This document shows, piece after piece, positions 1 to 13,241 of a stretch of DNA of 64,000 bases. A model generated the notes under the pieces. That model searched no databases, was not told where the DNA came from, and was given only the letters and a program-made list of their open reading frames with translations. Within the stretch, counting starts at the first letter, position 1. The number at the start of each line of letters is the position of its first letter. The DNA lies in contig NW_019029017.1 in assembly GCF_002105155.1 (NCBI RefSeq), forward strand, positions 248,001 to 312,000. Direction: 5' to 3'. The stretch comes from Lobosporangium transversale (Eukaryota). The position numbers were made by a program, and so were the translations under genes.

Positions 1-378
1 GAAACCAAGGACCCTTTTTTGGTCAAAATGCGTTGTGAGTGACGGCTCAATCTAGCATGACTTCTTACTGTAAACTATGTGAACGGAGTTTTTTTTTTTA
101 AAAGTGGTTATAGCCTACTTTGATTGCTACTGTAATCAGATGGAGATGGAAAAGGGAAAGAAATGAGCTTGACAGATGATTGTAATGTACTCATGCACAA
201 AAAAGAAAAAATATAGACCCATGGGACTCATGGACTGTTATATCACTCATCGTTGGGTAGGTCATTCGCCCAAAGAAATTGTGTCACCTTCTGAGCTGAG
301 CACAGTATGACAAAAAAAGTCACAAACCCCACCTTTTGGAACCTATGATGAATTGAATGATGAATGATTTCATATTTA

Positions 379-1875
379 TCATTTGCGCTGTTGCTGAACA
401 AGGCGAAACAGATCTGCTACAAGATACAACGATCCACAGAGGATCACCACATCATCTTCCTGACGCTGAGTCCCAACCCAAGCAAGTGCAGCCCTCAGAT
501 CTGTACCAAATGAACGTATCTCCAACGATCCCCAACAATTCTCCTTTTGTTGGTCCCGTCGCTGCGTCAAACGGTCGCAAACTTCCTGCGCAGCAATCGA
601 CGATACCCACGGCATGCCCTCTGGTGGAGTAAACTCCACTGCTGAGAACGTATTTGTTTCAGATCCTTGATTTTGTGGATGTAAATGTTGAAAGAGTAAT
701 ATATCAAACATTTCTTCAATATCTTTGCCCTTCGTTAATCCCACAATCCAATGTATTCTTGGTCGAATTCCCGATAACAGAGATCTCCTAGCGACATGCT
801 CATTCACAAATGAACGCAGTGCAACGGCTGCTGCAGGATTGTGAGCCCCATCGATCAACATCTGGCCGTTAACTTCCTTTGGTGCAACTGTATCCTCAAC
901 CCACTGCAACCTCCCTGGCCAAACCGTTTCCTCCATACCCTTGCGAATAGTTTCCTCTGTGATCTTTTGACTCCAAATCATATCGCTTTTATCGTTCTTT
1001 CGCAGCACATCAATCGCTCTAATAGCCGCAGCCGCATTCTCCAGCTGGAAGTCTCCCAGCAATGGTAACCAAAATTTAAATCCGTCATCCTCTAGCTCTG
1101 CCCAATGTCCTACTGGATTGTTGGACCTCAAACCAAACGAAGCGGCCTTTTCTGCGCTGATCAAACACGCCGGCTTCGCTTTAATAACTTTGTTCAATGG
1201 TAATCCTACACTTATGGCCTTATCTTCCAAAATTTTATAGACCTTCTCTCCCTCCACTTGAAAAGAAACGACAACAGGGACTCCCTGCTTAATAATCCCT
1301 GCTTTCTCTGATGCAATCTCTTCGATAGTGTTTCCCAATACAGTCCCATGATCCATTCCAATGGACGCAATTACACAAACTTTGGGATTTGGCACAACGT
1401 TAGTCGCATCCAATCGCCCACCTACGCCGACTTCAATTACTGCAATATCTACCCGTTCTTGTTCCTTCCCTGCCTTTAGCTGACGATTTGGATCATGGCT
1501 ACGACCGTAAGCAAACCAGTAAAACGCGACGGCGGTCAGAATCTCAAAGGAAGTCGCCTTCAACTCTAACTCCCTGTCTTTTTGCCTGACGACTTCAGTG
1601 ACATAGTCGTAATCGCTCTGAGATATGGGCTGATTATTGATCTGGATCGTGTCACGAGGAGTAATGAGATGTGGTGAATTGTAGCGACCTACACGGAATC
1701 CTGAAGCCTGAAGGATCGATGAAATGTAAGCACAAATGGACCCTTTACCATTTGTTCCTGCGACGTGAATTATAGGGTATGTGAGATGTGGGGCAAGATC
1801 ATATGCGTTTGCAGAGGTCGATGGGGGCTTGAGTGCTTCAAGCAATCGAGTAACACGATTTAATCCGAGATCCAT
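379..1875 (-). CDS. FOL3: Dihydrofolate synthase / folylpolyglutamate synthase (FolC family, FOL3-like), intronless
   Basis: 498-aa ORF with FolC motifs: HVAGTNGKGS P-loop, YNSPHL, TSFEILTA, EVGVGGRLDATN, GMDHGTVLG, EKAGIIK, WPGRLQ, DGAHNP, CGSLYLV. The MDLGLNRV start resembles the DHFS (FOL3) type rather than MET7. Confidence 0.9.
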   Translation of the reverse strand: MDLGLNRVTRLLEALKPPSTSANAYDLAPHLTYPIIHVAGTNGKGSICAYISSILQASGFRVGRYNSPHLITPRDTIQINNQPISQSDYDYVTEVVRQKDRELELKATSFEILTAVAFYWFAYGRSHDPNRQLKAGKEQERVDIAVIEVGVGGRLDATNVVPNPKVCVIASIGMDHGTVLGNTIEEIASEKAGIIKQGVPVVVSFQVEGEKVYKILEDKAISVGLPLNKVIKAKPACLISAEKAASFGLRSNNPVGHWAELEDDGFKFWLPLLGDFQLENAAAAIRAIDVLRKNDKSDMIWSQKITEETIRKGMEETVWPGRLQWVEDTVAPKEVNGQMLIDGAHNPAAAVALRSFVNEHVARRSLLSGIRPRIHWIVGLTKGKDIEEMFDILLFQHLHPQNQGSETNTFSAVEFTPPEGMPWVSSIAAQEVCDRLTQRRDQQKENCWGSLEIRSFGTDLRAALAWVGTQRQEDDVVILCGSLYLVADLFRLVQQQRK

Positions 1876-2970
1876 TTGTAATGTAGTTCAAAATTTGCAA
1901 AGAAAGGTGAATAAAAAAGCTTTCATAGATTTTCGTTATATTACGCCAAATTTTTTGTTTTAATTCTTTAAATGTGGAATCCTATGCGCGGGGATTCTCC
2001 TCAGGCTCCGGTTCGACGAGGCCTTCTTTAACTAACATGGACTCTAGTTCACCACTTTGGTGCAGATTAAGCATGATATCGCAACCTCCAATGAACTCGC
2101 CATTGATGTAAACTTGAGGAATAGTAGGCCATGATCTAATGTCATCAATAGTAAGCATAGGGTAACTTTAGTGTCAACATGAACACGACTTTTTTTTTTT
2201 GATCCAATGCAAATATTTCCTTTCACGACGTACGAGTATTCTTTAATACCGCTACGGAGCTCTTCATCAGCCAAGATATTGAAAGTTTTCAAGGACTTTT
2301 TCATATCGACACCTATTCATAATCGTTAATAAAATAAATCAATGACATGTCAGAAAGCTATTGATATCTTCTCATTTTCTATTTTTCCTCTCTTATTATT
2401 CAGATCGAACTCTTTCTTGAGTTTTTTACCTTGAACTGTAAGAATTTGCATGACTGCACGGCTAAATCCACACTATGAGATAAGAGTGTAGGTGTGAGCA
2501 TTAGTATTATGGCCGCATCAAATGCTGAAGGTTTTGTTTCTTATATGCTGCCTCTTTTACCTGAGGCATATCAGGAGTTCCTTTCATAAAGACGACAAGC
2601 TTGTTATTGTGTATTGCCTACCAAAAAAAAATAAAATAAAATAAAATAAAAATTAGTAGCTCCTTAATAAGGCGTAGTATTAAACTCATAAAAAAAAGCA
2701 AACATACATCCTCAATAGTCTTCTTGGTAGAATCGGAAAGGTGGCGGACAGCGAAGCTGGTAGCAGGAAGGACTGCACGGCGTGTTAAAAGTTGGCTGCT
2801 TGGACGGAGGGCCTACCAAAATTGATATAATGATGGAACATTTTTCAGTGCACTAGCCACCCGTACTCTGCTGAATTTCTCAAAGTTCCTTAGTAAAAAA
2901 AGCATGCTCCAACGATTTATACCCATGTGGCAGTGCGAAGGAAACTCATGGTTGACAATGCGTGAATGCG

Positions 2971-3006
<36 letters not shown>

Positions 3007-3197
3007 ACGAGAAGAAGGATTCGATCCTCTCATTTGTCATGGTCTGGTCGGAATATTTGAACCCAACCTGGATTCATAAGCCAGCCACCCACATCATATC
3101 AATTCACTTAAATCCCTACTTCATTTTCTCTTGCTTCATTGGCAGATTATTATGTATTTTAATAACATTATTGTAAAATAGAAGAACACCAATATCA

Positions 3198-4799
3198 CTA
3201 TGACCAGTCCTCGCGTCGAAGCGTGCGAAGACTCTTTTTAGGAGCAATATTGCCAAATGATGCATATTCACCAGCATAGTCTTGTACACCTTCATTCGAG
3301 TTTCTGGGTGAATGTCTTGAAGGCTCACAATTATGCAACTCTCTATTGCTGGCGATTCGAGAGCTACTGGTGGATATGGATTCACCAGTTGCCACTGTTG
3401 ATGACATAGCTCTAGGAGATGCAGATCTTGCCGCATTATCCGGACCAAAGATATCACCGTCTCTCATATTACTGGACAGGATAGGTGAATCAGGCAGACC
3501 ACGAGGGTTATCGTTGTCGCGGAACTTTGCGTGTGGAGATTCCATTAAAGTAGGGTCTTGCAATCGAAAAGACTGAAGCGCTACATTTCGATCCTGAACT
3601 GAAGGAGGAAGGGCAGCGGAGGCGTAGGGATGATTTATGTCGGAATGGTCTATATTATGGTGCGTATACTGATCAACAGGGTTGATGACCCAGAGCTCTC
3701 CCTGTTGCATGTCGTGGTTCCAGACAGTGCTATTATACATGTTAGAATCATTGTAATAATCCTCCGGTGCAGTATCCACAGGTGGAGCATTGTTGTTTAT
3801 GCGTTGTGGTAAGTTTCGATCAAACGCAGCTCGATTTCTGCCCATCGAACTAGTCGTTGCATAATGGGCTGCCATAGGGAGGTGAGGAAGATCTTCGTGA
3901 TAAATAGCCGGATTGGAACGGTATGCCTGGTGCGAAGACGACCCTTCGTAGGGACCATAGCCACCACTGTTGTAGGTTTGTTGCTGTTGAACAGGATAAC
4001 CGGTATTAGACTGCATTTCATAGTTGTATACATCATCATATCCTCCTGAAGTTGTGCTATTTAGACCAATGGCCCCACCGCTCGTAGTGGGACTACTACT
4101 GGCTAGGTACCCATGGCTAGCATATTTCTTCGGCGTGTCACTCATTTCTTGAAGGGTATCAAAATTCAGCTCTCGGCTCTTATGGTGACGGCGATGATAG
4201 CAGATAATGCAAGAAGCGATGATAATGATCAGGGCCGTAATACCAATGATTGAACCCACGATAACGGGGACATTGGTAGGGCTAGAAGATGAAGAGCCAG
4301 CATCAGACGAAGCTTGGGGGGATTGCGAAGACGACTGTGAAATAGACGGAACTAAATCAGTAGTAATGGGATTGACTGGCTGAGTAGTTGAAGGGATGGA
4401 AGATAAAGTTGCAGAGCTGAAAGTAGTTGTTAAAGAGGGTATGGTGAAAAGAGTGGTTGTCGTTGTAATGGTCGTTGTGACTATGGTGGTTATTGGAATA
4501 ACGGTTGTAGTAGTGGTGGTTGAGAGAGTGCTGCTTGAGGGAGTAGTATTGATTGTGGTTGTGGTTGGAGAGGATACCATTGGCGTAGAACCATCAAAGG
4601 AGCTGGATGGCCTCCGAATGGTGCCTGAACTACTAGATGTGGTGCCCTATCAATGCAAGTTCTGATGAGAAAAAATAATATGTGTACCTTGAATAAGCAA
4701 GTCTTATGACCAAGTTTGAATCCATACCTGTGCCTCCACAGGATGCAGCACGGCCAGCATGACCAGAACAGACAAGCAAGAAGGAATGAAAGAAAGCAT
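3198..4799 (-). CDS. Type I single-pass membrane protein with Ser/Thr-rich ectodomain (Mid2/Skg6-like), 2 exons
   Basis: Exon 1 (4799-4728) encodes a signal peptide, MLSFIPSCLSVLVMLAVLHPVEAQ. A GT-AG intron (4727-4647) joins it in frame to the 3198..4580 ORF. That ORF has a Thr/Ser-rich stalk, a TM helix (VPVIVGSIIGITALIIIIASCIICY), basic RRHHK and a Tyr-rich tail. Confidence 0.75.
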
Positions 4800-5726
4800 G
4801 GTTATCGAGGGCTTTGGAATCCCTTTTTATTTTATTTTCGAATTATTTTTTTTGGTGGTCGGTGGAATGAGTGGAGAAGGAATGTGAAGACAATTGCCAG
4901 AAGTTAATTCTGCAACAATGAGAATTGAACTGCTGGAATAATAACAATGAGATTTGGAGAGTGGAATGATATTTTGTCTTGGATAAGTTGTAGAAAGAGG
5001 AAGGACGAAAAAAGCAAAAAAAAAAAATAATAATAATAATAATAATAATATATAATGAAATAAATTGCTTTGATCCTGTTTCTGAGTCTTCAGTCTTCAG
5101 GGCGTTGCTGTTATTTTCTATTAAATAAATACATATTCAAATGTATAATAAATAATTCAAGTAAAATGTACATTAATGGAGACGTACCCTGTTTCAGAAA
5201 AGACGTCTCAATTAGCGAGTCGAGTCTTGTGGTTAAAGCCCCTGGAGATCTGATTGATCACATTGGCGAAATCTCCCAAGTACATGTAACACGAAATACC
5301 GTTCGACCTTTCAACTGATTTCATTCAGGGACCATCTTACATTCGTGATCTAGTCAAGGGAGAAGTGAATAGGCAAAGGAATGTATCAAAAGTATATGCA
5401 TGAGACATCTGCCAAAGTCCTTGATTTAACCTCCTTGGACATCTCAAGTACACTTTCATGGCCATGACAACAAATCAAAACTACCAAAGCCCTTAATACA
5501 TTCGAGTTATGCAATAATAATAATAAGAGGTCGTAATTAAGATAGTTAAGAGCGGTGGATGCATGCTTACTGTGCTTACTCTAGCATGCCCAGTTATGAA
5601 TGTACTGTGACACGAAGCAAAAACGTTATTGCATTTAGACTTTCAGAGGAGATCATGTCAAAAATAACATTGTTACATGTATATCTGTATAATATAAATA
5701 TTATATTTATGGCTGTGACGAGCACT

Positions 5727-6753
5727 CTAAAGCCAATTGAGAACAGCTTTGGCGATCTCCATTTGGATTTTGGCCGAAGGGTGGAATGCATCCCAAAAAA
5801 AGTGCTTGCCTGGATTTTTACATACATTCTTGTAGTCAATGCTGACACATCCATGTGTGACATCGGTGATGCCTAGACGCCTCAGCTCCTTGGGCTGGTA
5901 AAGATAAGCAAAAAACTTGGTCAAGTCGAAAAATGCTATTTTGGCCTTTTCTTTGTCATGAAAATTGCAAGTGCGGAGAGAACCTGGGCCTGCAAGACTG
6001 CCATATTCCTCCTTGACTTCAGCGGCAAAAATGCCAAACTCAGCTTGCTCTTCCTTGGCTTTTTTACTGTACGCATCGGCCAAAGAAGTGTTCGTAATGG
6101 CGTATGGAATCAATCCAATGTTCTGATTTTGAATTACTAGGATTCTTCGTGCACCCATTGACACGAGACGTTTGATACCGGTATGGATCCTGTCGACAAC
6201 AGCAGACGGATCCAAGGAGATGTCGAAAAAGAAGTCGTTGCCTTGAAAATTGATCACAAACACACTTTCAGCTATAGCCCTCTGAGCATATTTGGATGCA
6301 TAAATATCGAGCTGCTGAAGGAAGCCTGGGACAAGAATGTTCGAGTTTTGGCCAGTCAATCCTTGAACAAGATCTGAATCAGTAGTGGCACCTCCATAGG
6401 CATAGTTAACCACTTGGTAGTTCCTAGCTTTTACAACCTGGCAGAGCAAATACAAAGCGATATCAGTAGATATGTCTATTGGATACTTTTAAAGGGTATA
6501 CGACACTTTTTTCTAAGGAACGTAAGCGTGATCATACATAGTCGGGCCACGCAGGTCCATTGGAGAAGCGACCTTTGTAATAAAAAGGGGGAGGCCAGGT
6601 TTTGTTTGACAACTTGTAAACATTGCCAGATTCAGAAAATGAGTCTCCGAACACGACCAGTTTCTTGAGGGTGCATCGTACGGGCGTCGCGAGTGCTGAA
6701 GGCAGCGAAACTGCCACAGCGACAACAGTCATGAAGATGAATTTGACCAACAT
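5727..6753 (-). CDS. Secreted GDSL/SGNH lipase/acylhydrolase (CE16/thermolabile-hemolysin-like), 2 exons, ~308 aa
   Basis: Signal peptide; block [22 protein letters not shown]; intron 6537-6438; block [10 protein letters not shown]; block III QGNDF; block V FFWDAFHP. Confidence 0.88.
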
Positions 6754-7140
6754 GGCTCTGAATAATGTGGAGTGTCTAAATGGATGGAAAAGGAATGAAG
6801 AAAAGAAAAAATTGTTCTTCAAGGTTTAGTTTTAGGTAAAAAAGAAAAAGGAAAAAGGAAAAAGGAAAAAAACTATTTTTACCACTTTTTTCTACCACCA
6901 TTTTTACTGTCAGTAAAGCATCGATCTCCAACTCACCCGATCAATCGTCCAAGCCCGCTCTCTTAGATCTAGACTCAACCAGTCGGGACAACGTGCTCAT
7001 AAAAAAAAAAATTGACGGAACGGACAGATTCCAGTCTGACCAAAATTCAGATCAATTGTGTGCTTGTCAACGATCACAAATGAGAGAAAGGTACCCATAA
7101 ACCCTCTTGAGTAGGCTTTGTCCATAGATGATATAAGATG

Positions 7141-8098
7141 CAGTGCCCGCCACAATTGTCTGAGTTTTTTGCTCTCCATATTTTATAATCTTTTATTGCG
7201 TGCTCACAACGAAGTGGATTAAGATTAAAAAAGTGAATGAACATAACAATACGAATAATAAGCAACATAACCCAGTCCTAGGGCTAACATCGTCACTTCT
7301 AGTGTGACAGGTTGGCGAAAGACTTGGGATCCCCTGCTTCTGTGGTGAATATCTGCCTAAATACCGCCAAAGATATCACAAGAAAATCAGCGGGCCGTGC
7401 GAGGAAGGTTGGCGGTAAATTGGCTCTACTTCTTAAACAAGAACTCTGGCGTAGTCTACCTAATTATTCTGTTGATGCTCAAAAGAAAGCCGACAAACAA
7501 CCCCAAAACCCTCTATCAGACACCACCATCAGGAGATGTCTCAAGAGAATTGGTATGAAGGCAGGAAAGATAGCGAAGAAGCCTTATCTTAAGAAGTAAC
7601 GCATAGGGAAGCGTCTCTACTCACATACACCAATGATAGACTCAAGATAAGAAAGCTGTCGTTCGGTCAGGTAGGTCCAAAATCAACCGTGTCTGCTTAG
7701 ATAGGATGAATTAGATCTAGGATGACCAAGAAGCCATCAATGAGCGGACTGCTCAAGGAGTAGTGAAGTTTAGTGGCAGGAGCCATGGTACGGAGCTGTA
7801 TTTCGTGGGGCGGGTCTGGCCGGGCCTGTAGGGTTGGGGAGCATAAAGGAAAACATATAAAGCACTAGCCGTATAAATCACCTCCGGGTGAAGCACTTTC
7901 TAGAGAGTATTAACATAGCTGACAAAACGACTTGATTACCTTTTAGTGATGATATTGACACTAGGAATGATGACATTGGCCCCACGGTTGGGTATGCTGT
8001 TTATTATTCATATCGCTATACTTACTCAGTTTTTTTTTTTATCTCAATCCAATTCGCTTTGAGGATGCAAAACATTTGATCAATTGTAGCGAGCATTG
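7141..8098 (+). mobile_element. Degenerate, internally deleted Tc1/mariner DNA transposon with long imperfect TIRs
   Basis: Left arm 7141-7308 aligns with the reverse complement of 7955-8098 (e.g. cagtgcccgccacaattg vs caatgctcgctacaattg; gaataataagcaacata vs gaataataaacagcata). Internal transposase remnants are LSDTTIRRCLKRIGMKAGKIAKKPYL, a decayed WSDESKIN-like VRSGRSKINRV, and VKFSG..MVRSCISW. All are broken by stops or frameshifts. Confidence 0.85.
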
Positions 8099-8167
8099 TG
8101 GTAACTATGGAGTGGTTCATTTGGTCGCGCCACAATTGGACGAAAATATATTTTTATTTACAAGCAA

Positions 8168-10169
8168 TCACAACTCTGTTTTTCTCCGCTGCCTTTTATC
8201 TTCGTCCTTACCCTCGTCTTTCTCAGTACTCTTGGGCCTCTTGGGGCCCTCTAGCATATCCAACAAGGCCGCAAAGTCAACACTCGACAAAAACTCGGCT
8301 TCTTTGCTCTTTTCCTCGTCATCTTTAGACTGTCTTGCCAATTTCTTATCTTCTTCCTCAATGAGAGCATCATTGATCAGCTGTATAATATCTTTTTTAT
8401 TGTTGTTTTTCCTGGACAGCTTGCTGACATGCGTCTTTGACTTCGATTCAACCTCCTCCTCTATCCTTACATCATCCTTGCCTTTTGCTCCTGAAGTTCC
8501 GAAAATTGATTCTAGAAGCGACTCTACTTCCAAGTTCTGAGCTTGATCGTTCTTTTCCGCATTACTATCCGCAAATCTACCAATGCGTTCTATAGCCTCA
8601 ATTTGGCCCTGGCTCATATAAGGCTTCAATTCCTTAAAATATGCGTCGAACTCGGCGAGAAGGTCATCAAGCTGTTTACGCCTAGCAGCTGCTTCCGCCT
8701 CATCGATCAAAGAGGCCATCTCCTTAAAACCAGAGGGCATTTTGGTGCCGATAACATTGGTCTTGTCAATCAGAGTGTCCTCCTCTGTATGGAGTCGCTG
8801 CTGCCCAAGCTTAATCTGCGCATTTACCCCTTGAAATGCCATTGCTTCAGTCTTATCATCAACGGCCTCGGGAAGGGTAGCCTTATACTGTTGATATTGC
8901 TCATCCGAAACGATGCGCCTACAGTCGATTTTGTTGGCTTCCGGAGCTGGAATAAGCTCAAATGCTGGGTCTTTGCATAGTGCTGATGAGTAGATCACCA
9001 TTGTGTAAGTGCAGATAGAAGGCTCAGTGACTTGCTGAATGCGATCATCAACATTGGCGCATTGGAACTAACCAGAATCAGCGTGCAAAGGATCTGTGTG
9101 TAAGATTCTCTGGGAGAGCAATCTGGTGCGACATAAGAGTAAACAACAAGACTAAATATAGAGCAATCACTTGATATATTTACCTGAACTTCAACCTTTC
9201 GCGGTACGCCTGTGAGGTCGCAGATTTCACCATAGTCCCAATGTTGGACGAGGTATTTCCGCTCGTCGCTTGCGCCCAGATCTGTGGAAGTGGCGACACG
9301 CCTTTTTGATGATGCTGATGTTTGTCGCCCTATAGATTCGCCATTGTTTGGTTGTGCCTGAATCTCAGATTGCGCAGGCTGGTAATTTGCAAGGACATGT
9401 GTCGCAGCTTCACTGGTCGGCTCCCACTTCCCATTTACGTTGTGTGCGTGATACTGTCGGATGCGCTTCTTATGGCAGTATTCATAAGTCCAATATCCAT
9501 AGATCTATTATGCATTGCAGCGTTCATCAGTCACTGGAAAACTTTGTTCAATAGGGCTTTTTTTTTCTTTTTCTTTTTTTTAACTTATCATGACCATTGC
9601 ATACCATGTAGAGACAACGACCTGTCAAATGGTCTAGGAGTGCCAACCCTCGCCTGATACTTTGCTGCTTCTCCTCTTTCAACTCCTGAGGGGTCTTCTG
9701 AGGTTCTTCTTTGACTTCTTCAATGTGCGCCTCAGGGATGGAGCAGGTCCAGCGCTGACCATCAGTATCGGTCATAATTACGCTAGAAGCAGGTACCACG
9801 CTACGTATAGGAGATTCCTTGTCACTTTTGCCTCGATTCTGATCCTGTGTCTCGGGCTTGGCAGTTTCAATTTGAGGCATGTCTTTCACAAGCTTCAAAA
9901 GTCAGAAAACAAGCCGTTAATTTTTACTGTCTAGTGTAGCCTATAGGCTTTATAGAGGCACAGACATTACCTGCTGACGATGCATGTTTCCGAGTCGCAT
10001 TCTCTCGACGCCGACAGCAGATACTGGAACGAGCTCGTCCAGAAACTGCACATGGTATTGGGGGTGTGCAAGAAGGTCATTGAAAACAAATCCGGCCGAG
10101 TAACCCAAGCCTGCAGCAGGTGTGAAGAGGTAAAAAGAAACAAGGGCTGTGAATGACGCCTGGGATGGA
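8168..10169 (-). CDS. YOS9: OS-9/Yos9 ER lectin (MRH/PRKCSH domain), 4 exons
   Basis: N-terminal signal sequence and NDLLAHPQYHVQF; CLYM|IYGYWTYEYCHKKRIRQYH; CDLTGVPRKVEVQ|FQC; QVTEPSICTYTMVIYSSALC; C-terminal KTEL. GT-AG introns at ~9971-9896, ~9604-9502 and ~9183-9069. Confidence 0.88.
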
Positions 10170-11256
10170 GAAATGATCTTGAGCCTCATGTCAAAGGGAA
10201 ATGTCAGAAAAAAAGAAAGCGAGAGTGTGTCAACTGCATGCATAAAGATACTCATACCTCCAAGCACACTATCTGGCTATTGCTCATTGGCTAGTAGTAT
10301 ATCACATGACTATGTAATGACCTGATATATCCATGATATAATTAATAAGAAGCCAAGGAGCCATTTGTCCAGGCACAGACCTCAAACAGAAGTGGAGTTC
10401 ATTCTGAACAGGCGGAGGACAGGCGTGCGCCTCTGGCCTGGGTTTGTGGAGCTTTCATCTTAAGGGTATGAAGGGTGACGAACACGCTCAGAAAAAAAGT
10501 CCTTTTCTTCGTTTCTCTTCTCTCTCTCCTCTCTCTCTTCCTCTCTCTTCCTCATTCCAAAATATATCGCCAGTTTTTTTTTTTTTATTTTATTTTTGTT
10601 TTCCTTCTGATCTGATCTTGTACAAATTTCAATCATCGACTGCTCCCACCCCTCCAACTTTTTTTTTTTTTTTTTATTTCTTTTTGTGTTTGCTGCTACT
10701 GCCTACTACTTCCACTGTTACGAAGCAGAAGACAACAATAACAAACAAGACAAGGCAAAAAACGACTACATAACATTGAAACTTCACATCAAACAGATCG
10801 GATCCATTATTTTTCTCTTCAACACATTTTTGGTCTCATTCGATCTCGTAAAAACCACCAGCTCTGCACTCTTGTGCCCCCCTTCCGTCCTCCATCTCTT
10901 TCTCCTGATTTCTTGATTTCCTTTGACTATTCTCACGCGACACATATTCAGTCGTTTTTTCTTTTTCTTTTCTTTTATTTCCTTTTGTTATTTTTGTTTC
11001 TCGTCACTTTTCATTCTGTTTTCTTTATTGACGAGGATTTTACATCCACGCGACGTTTAAATTGAAACTTTTTTTTTTTTCAACCTCGTTTCTCGATCCT
11101 TCATCAATAGCCCATTAAATCATCTTTTTGTTTCTTATTGTTTTATCTTCATTCCCTCTTTTTTCTATTCCTTTTTTTGTATTCATCATCTTGATTTATT
11201 TCTATATTTTTGTAAGCCTTTGACCACTATTGAACTCCTCTCCGTTTTAAATTACG

Positions 11257-13014
11257 ATGGCCACCAATCAACAACAACATATGGCGTAAGTTGATGTGTG
11301 AATTTAACGACTTTTTTATAAGTCAAACAATCCATTAATTGAACATGAACTTTTTTTGTTCATCTTAGCCACGAAAATGATAGCTGGAAGAAGCAGTTGA
11401 GCCTTCCAGCAAAAGATGACCGGCCCCAGACAGAGGTAAAGTTACATCTGACTGCTCAATAGAGTTATTCGCGTACATTTGTTCTGGTAATGTCAGTCTC
11501 GTGAGCACTATATTTACTTTTCTCTACTTGTGTCTGATGACATAGGACGTCACTGCAACTAAAGGCAACGAGTTCGAGGACTACTTTTTGAAACGTGAAC
11601 TGTTAATGGGTATCTTCGAGGCTGGCTTTGAGCGCCCATCACCCATCCAAGAAGAGTCTATACCAATTGCTCTCGCTGGGAGAGATATTCTCGCTAGAGC
11701 TAAAAACGGAACTGGGAAGACTGCCGCCTTTGTGATTCCCTCCCTCGAAAAAATTAACCTCAAGAAGAACAAAGTCCAGGCTCTACTCCTGGTTCCTACC
11801 CGCGAATTGGCTCTCCAGACAGCCCAGGTCTGCAAGACATTGGGCAAGCATATGGGCGTTCAAGTCATGGTCACGACAGGAGGCACGACCCTTAAAGATG
11901 ATATCATGCGTCTTGGTGAAACTGTTCATATTATTGTCGGCACGCCTGGCCGTATCCTTGATCTCGCTGGCAAAGGAGTGGCCAACTTCAGCGAGTGCAC
12001 AACCTTCGTCATGGATGAAGCAGATAAACTTCTTAGCCCTGAGTTTACGCCAATTGTTGAACAATTGCTCACATACTTCCCCAAAGATCGTCAAATCATG
12101 TTGTACAGTGCCACCTTCCCCATGATTGTCAAGACATTCAAAGACAAGCATATGGTCAAACCTTACGAAATCAACTTAATGGACGAACTCACTCTTCGTG
12201 GTGTCACACAGTACTATGCTTTTGTGGAGGAACGCCAGAAGGTTCATTGTCTTAACACTCTATTCTCCAAGGTTCGTTTCATCATCATCACGCGTTAGGA
12301 AAAAAAAAACTCTTCAAGTGTGATTGCCGTAGCTAAAATATGCTTATTGGCATCGCATCCCTTATCTTTTTTTATTTATAGCTTCAAATCAACCAGTCTA
12401 TCATTTTCTGTAATTCGACCAACCGCGTGGAACTTTTGGCCAAAAAAATTACTGAGCTTGGATACTCTTGCTTCTACTCGCATGCAAAGATGCTTCAATC
12501 ACACCGTAACCGAGTATTCCATGATTTTAGAAACGGAGTTTGCCGCAATCTGGTTTGTTCGGATCTCTTAACTCGTGGTATCGATATCCAGGCGGTCAAT
12601 GTCGTCATCAATTTTGATTTCCCAAAGAACGCAGAGACGTATCTCCATCGCATTGGCCGTAGTGGTCGCTTTGGCCATCTTGGCCTAGCCATTAATCTGA
12701 TCACGTATGATGATCGATTTAACCTTTACAAAATTGAGCAGGAGCTGGGAACTGAAATCCAGGCTATTCCTCCCGTTATTGATAAGCGCCTTTACGTTGC
12801 ACCTTCGGCGCTCGATGCTGTCGAACACGAAGATCAGCAGAAACGCGCTCAACACCAGCAGCAACACCAGCAGCAACATCAACAACAACAACAACACCAG
12901 CAACAACATCAGCAGTATCATCAGCAGCACCAACAGCAGCACCATCAGATGGCGCACCATCAATACCAGCAGCAGCAGTTTCAGCAACGTCCGCAGCAGC
13001 AACAGCGCCGATAA
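11257..13014 (+). CDS. DHH1: DEAD-box RNA helicase Dhh1/DDX6, 4 exons
   Basis: [61 protein letters not shown]. Introns ~11286-11368, 11436-11545 and 12272-12381. Q/H-rich C-terminal tail. Confidence 0.97.
12834..13005 (+). repeat. CAG/CAA/CAC trinucleotide-rich tract encoding the poly-Q/H tail of Dhh1
   Basis: Direct reading: [26 protein letters not shown]... Confidence 0.85.
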
Positions 13015-13071
13015 TTGTCCAGGATATGTTGTGGTTGTCATAGGATGGCCATTCTTCTTCCCTCGTGTGGG

Positions 13072-13111
<40 letters not shown>

Positions 13112-13206
13112 CATTTGCTCTTGACTTCGTAATGTCCCTTTGATATGAAGTAATGAGAAGCGTCGAACTTTTTTTTTTTTTTTTTTTTTTTTTTTCCTTT
13201 TCTTTT

Positions 13207-13241
<35 letters not shown>

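Noticed and set aside
1981..2030. GGTTCGA motif suggesting a tRNA T-loop
   Set aside because: No cloverleaf stems or A-box can be formed around it.
5727..6753. Recent bacterial horizontal transfer of the GDSL esterase
   Set aside because: It has an intron and a signal peptide, and similar enzymes are widespread in fungi; cannot be claimed without a phylogeny.
8076..8980. Plus-strand ORFs of 154 aa and 145 aa
   Set aside because: Antisense shadows of the YOS9 last exon.
12685..13210. Antisense poly-Leu/Val and poly-Ala/Val ORFs
   Set aside because: Mirror of the Dhh1 CAG/CAA repeat and downstream T runs.
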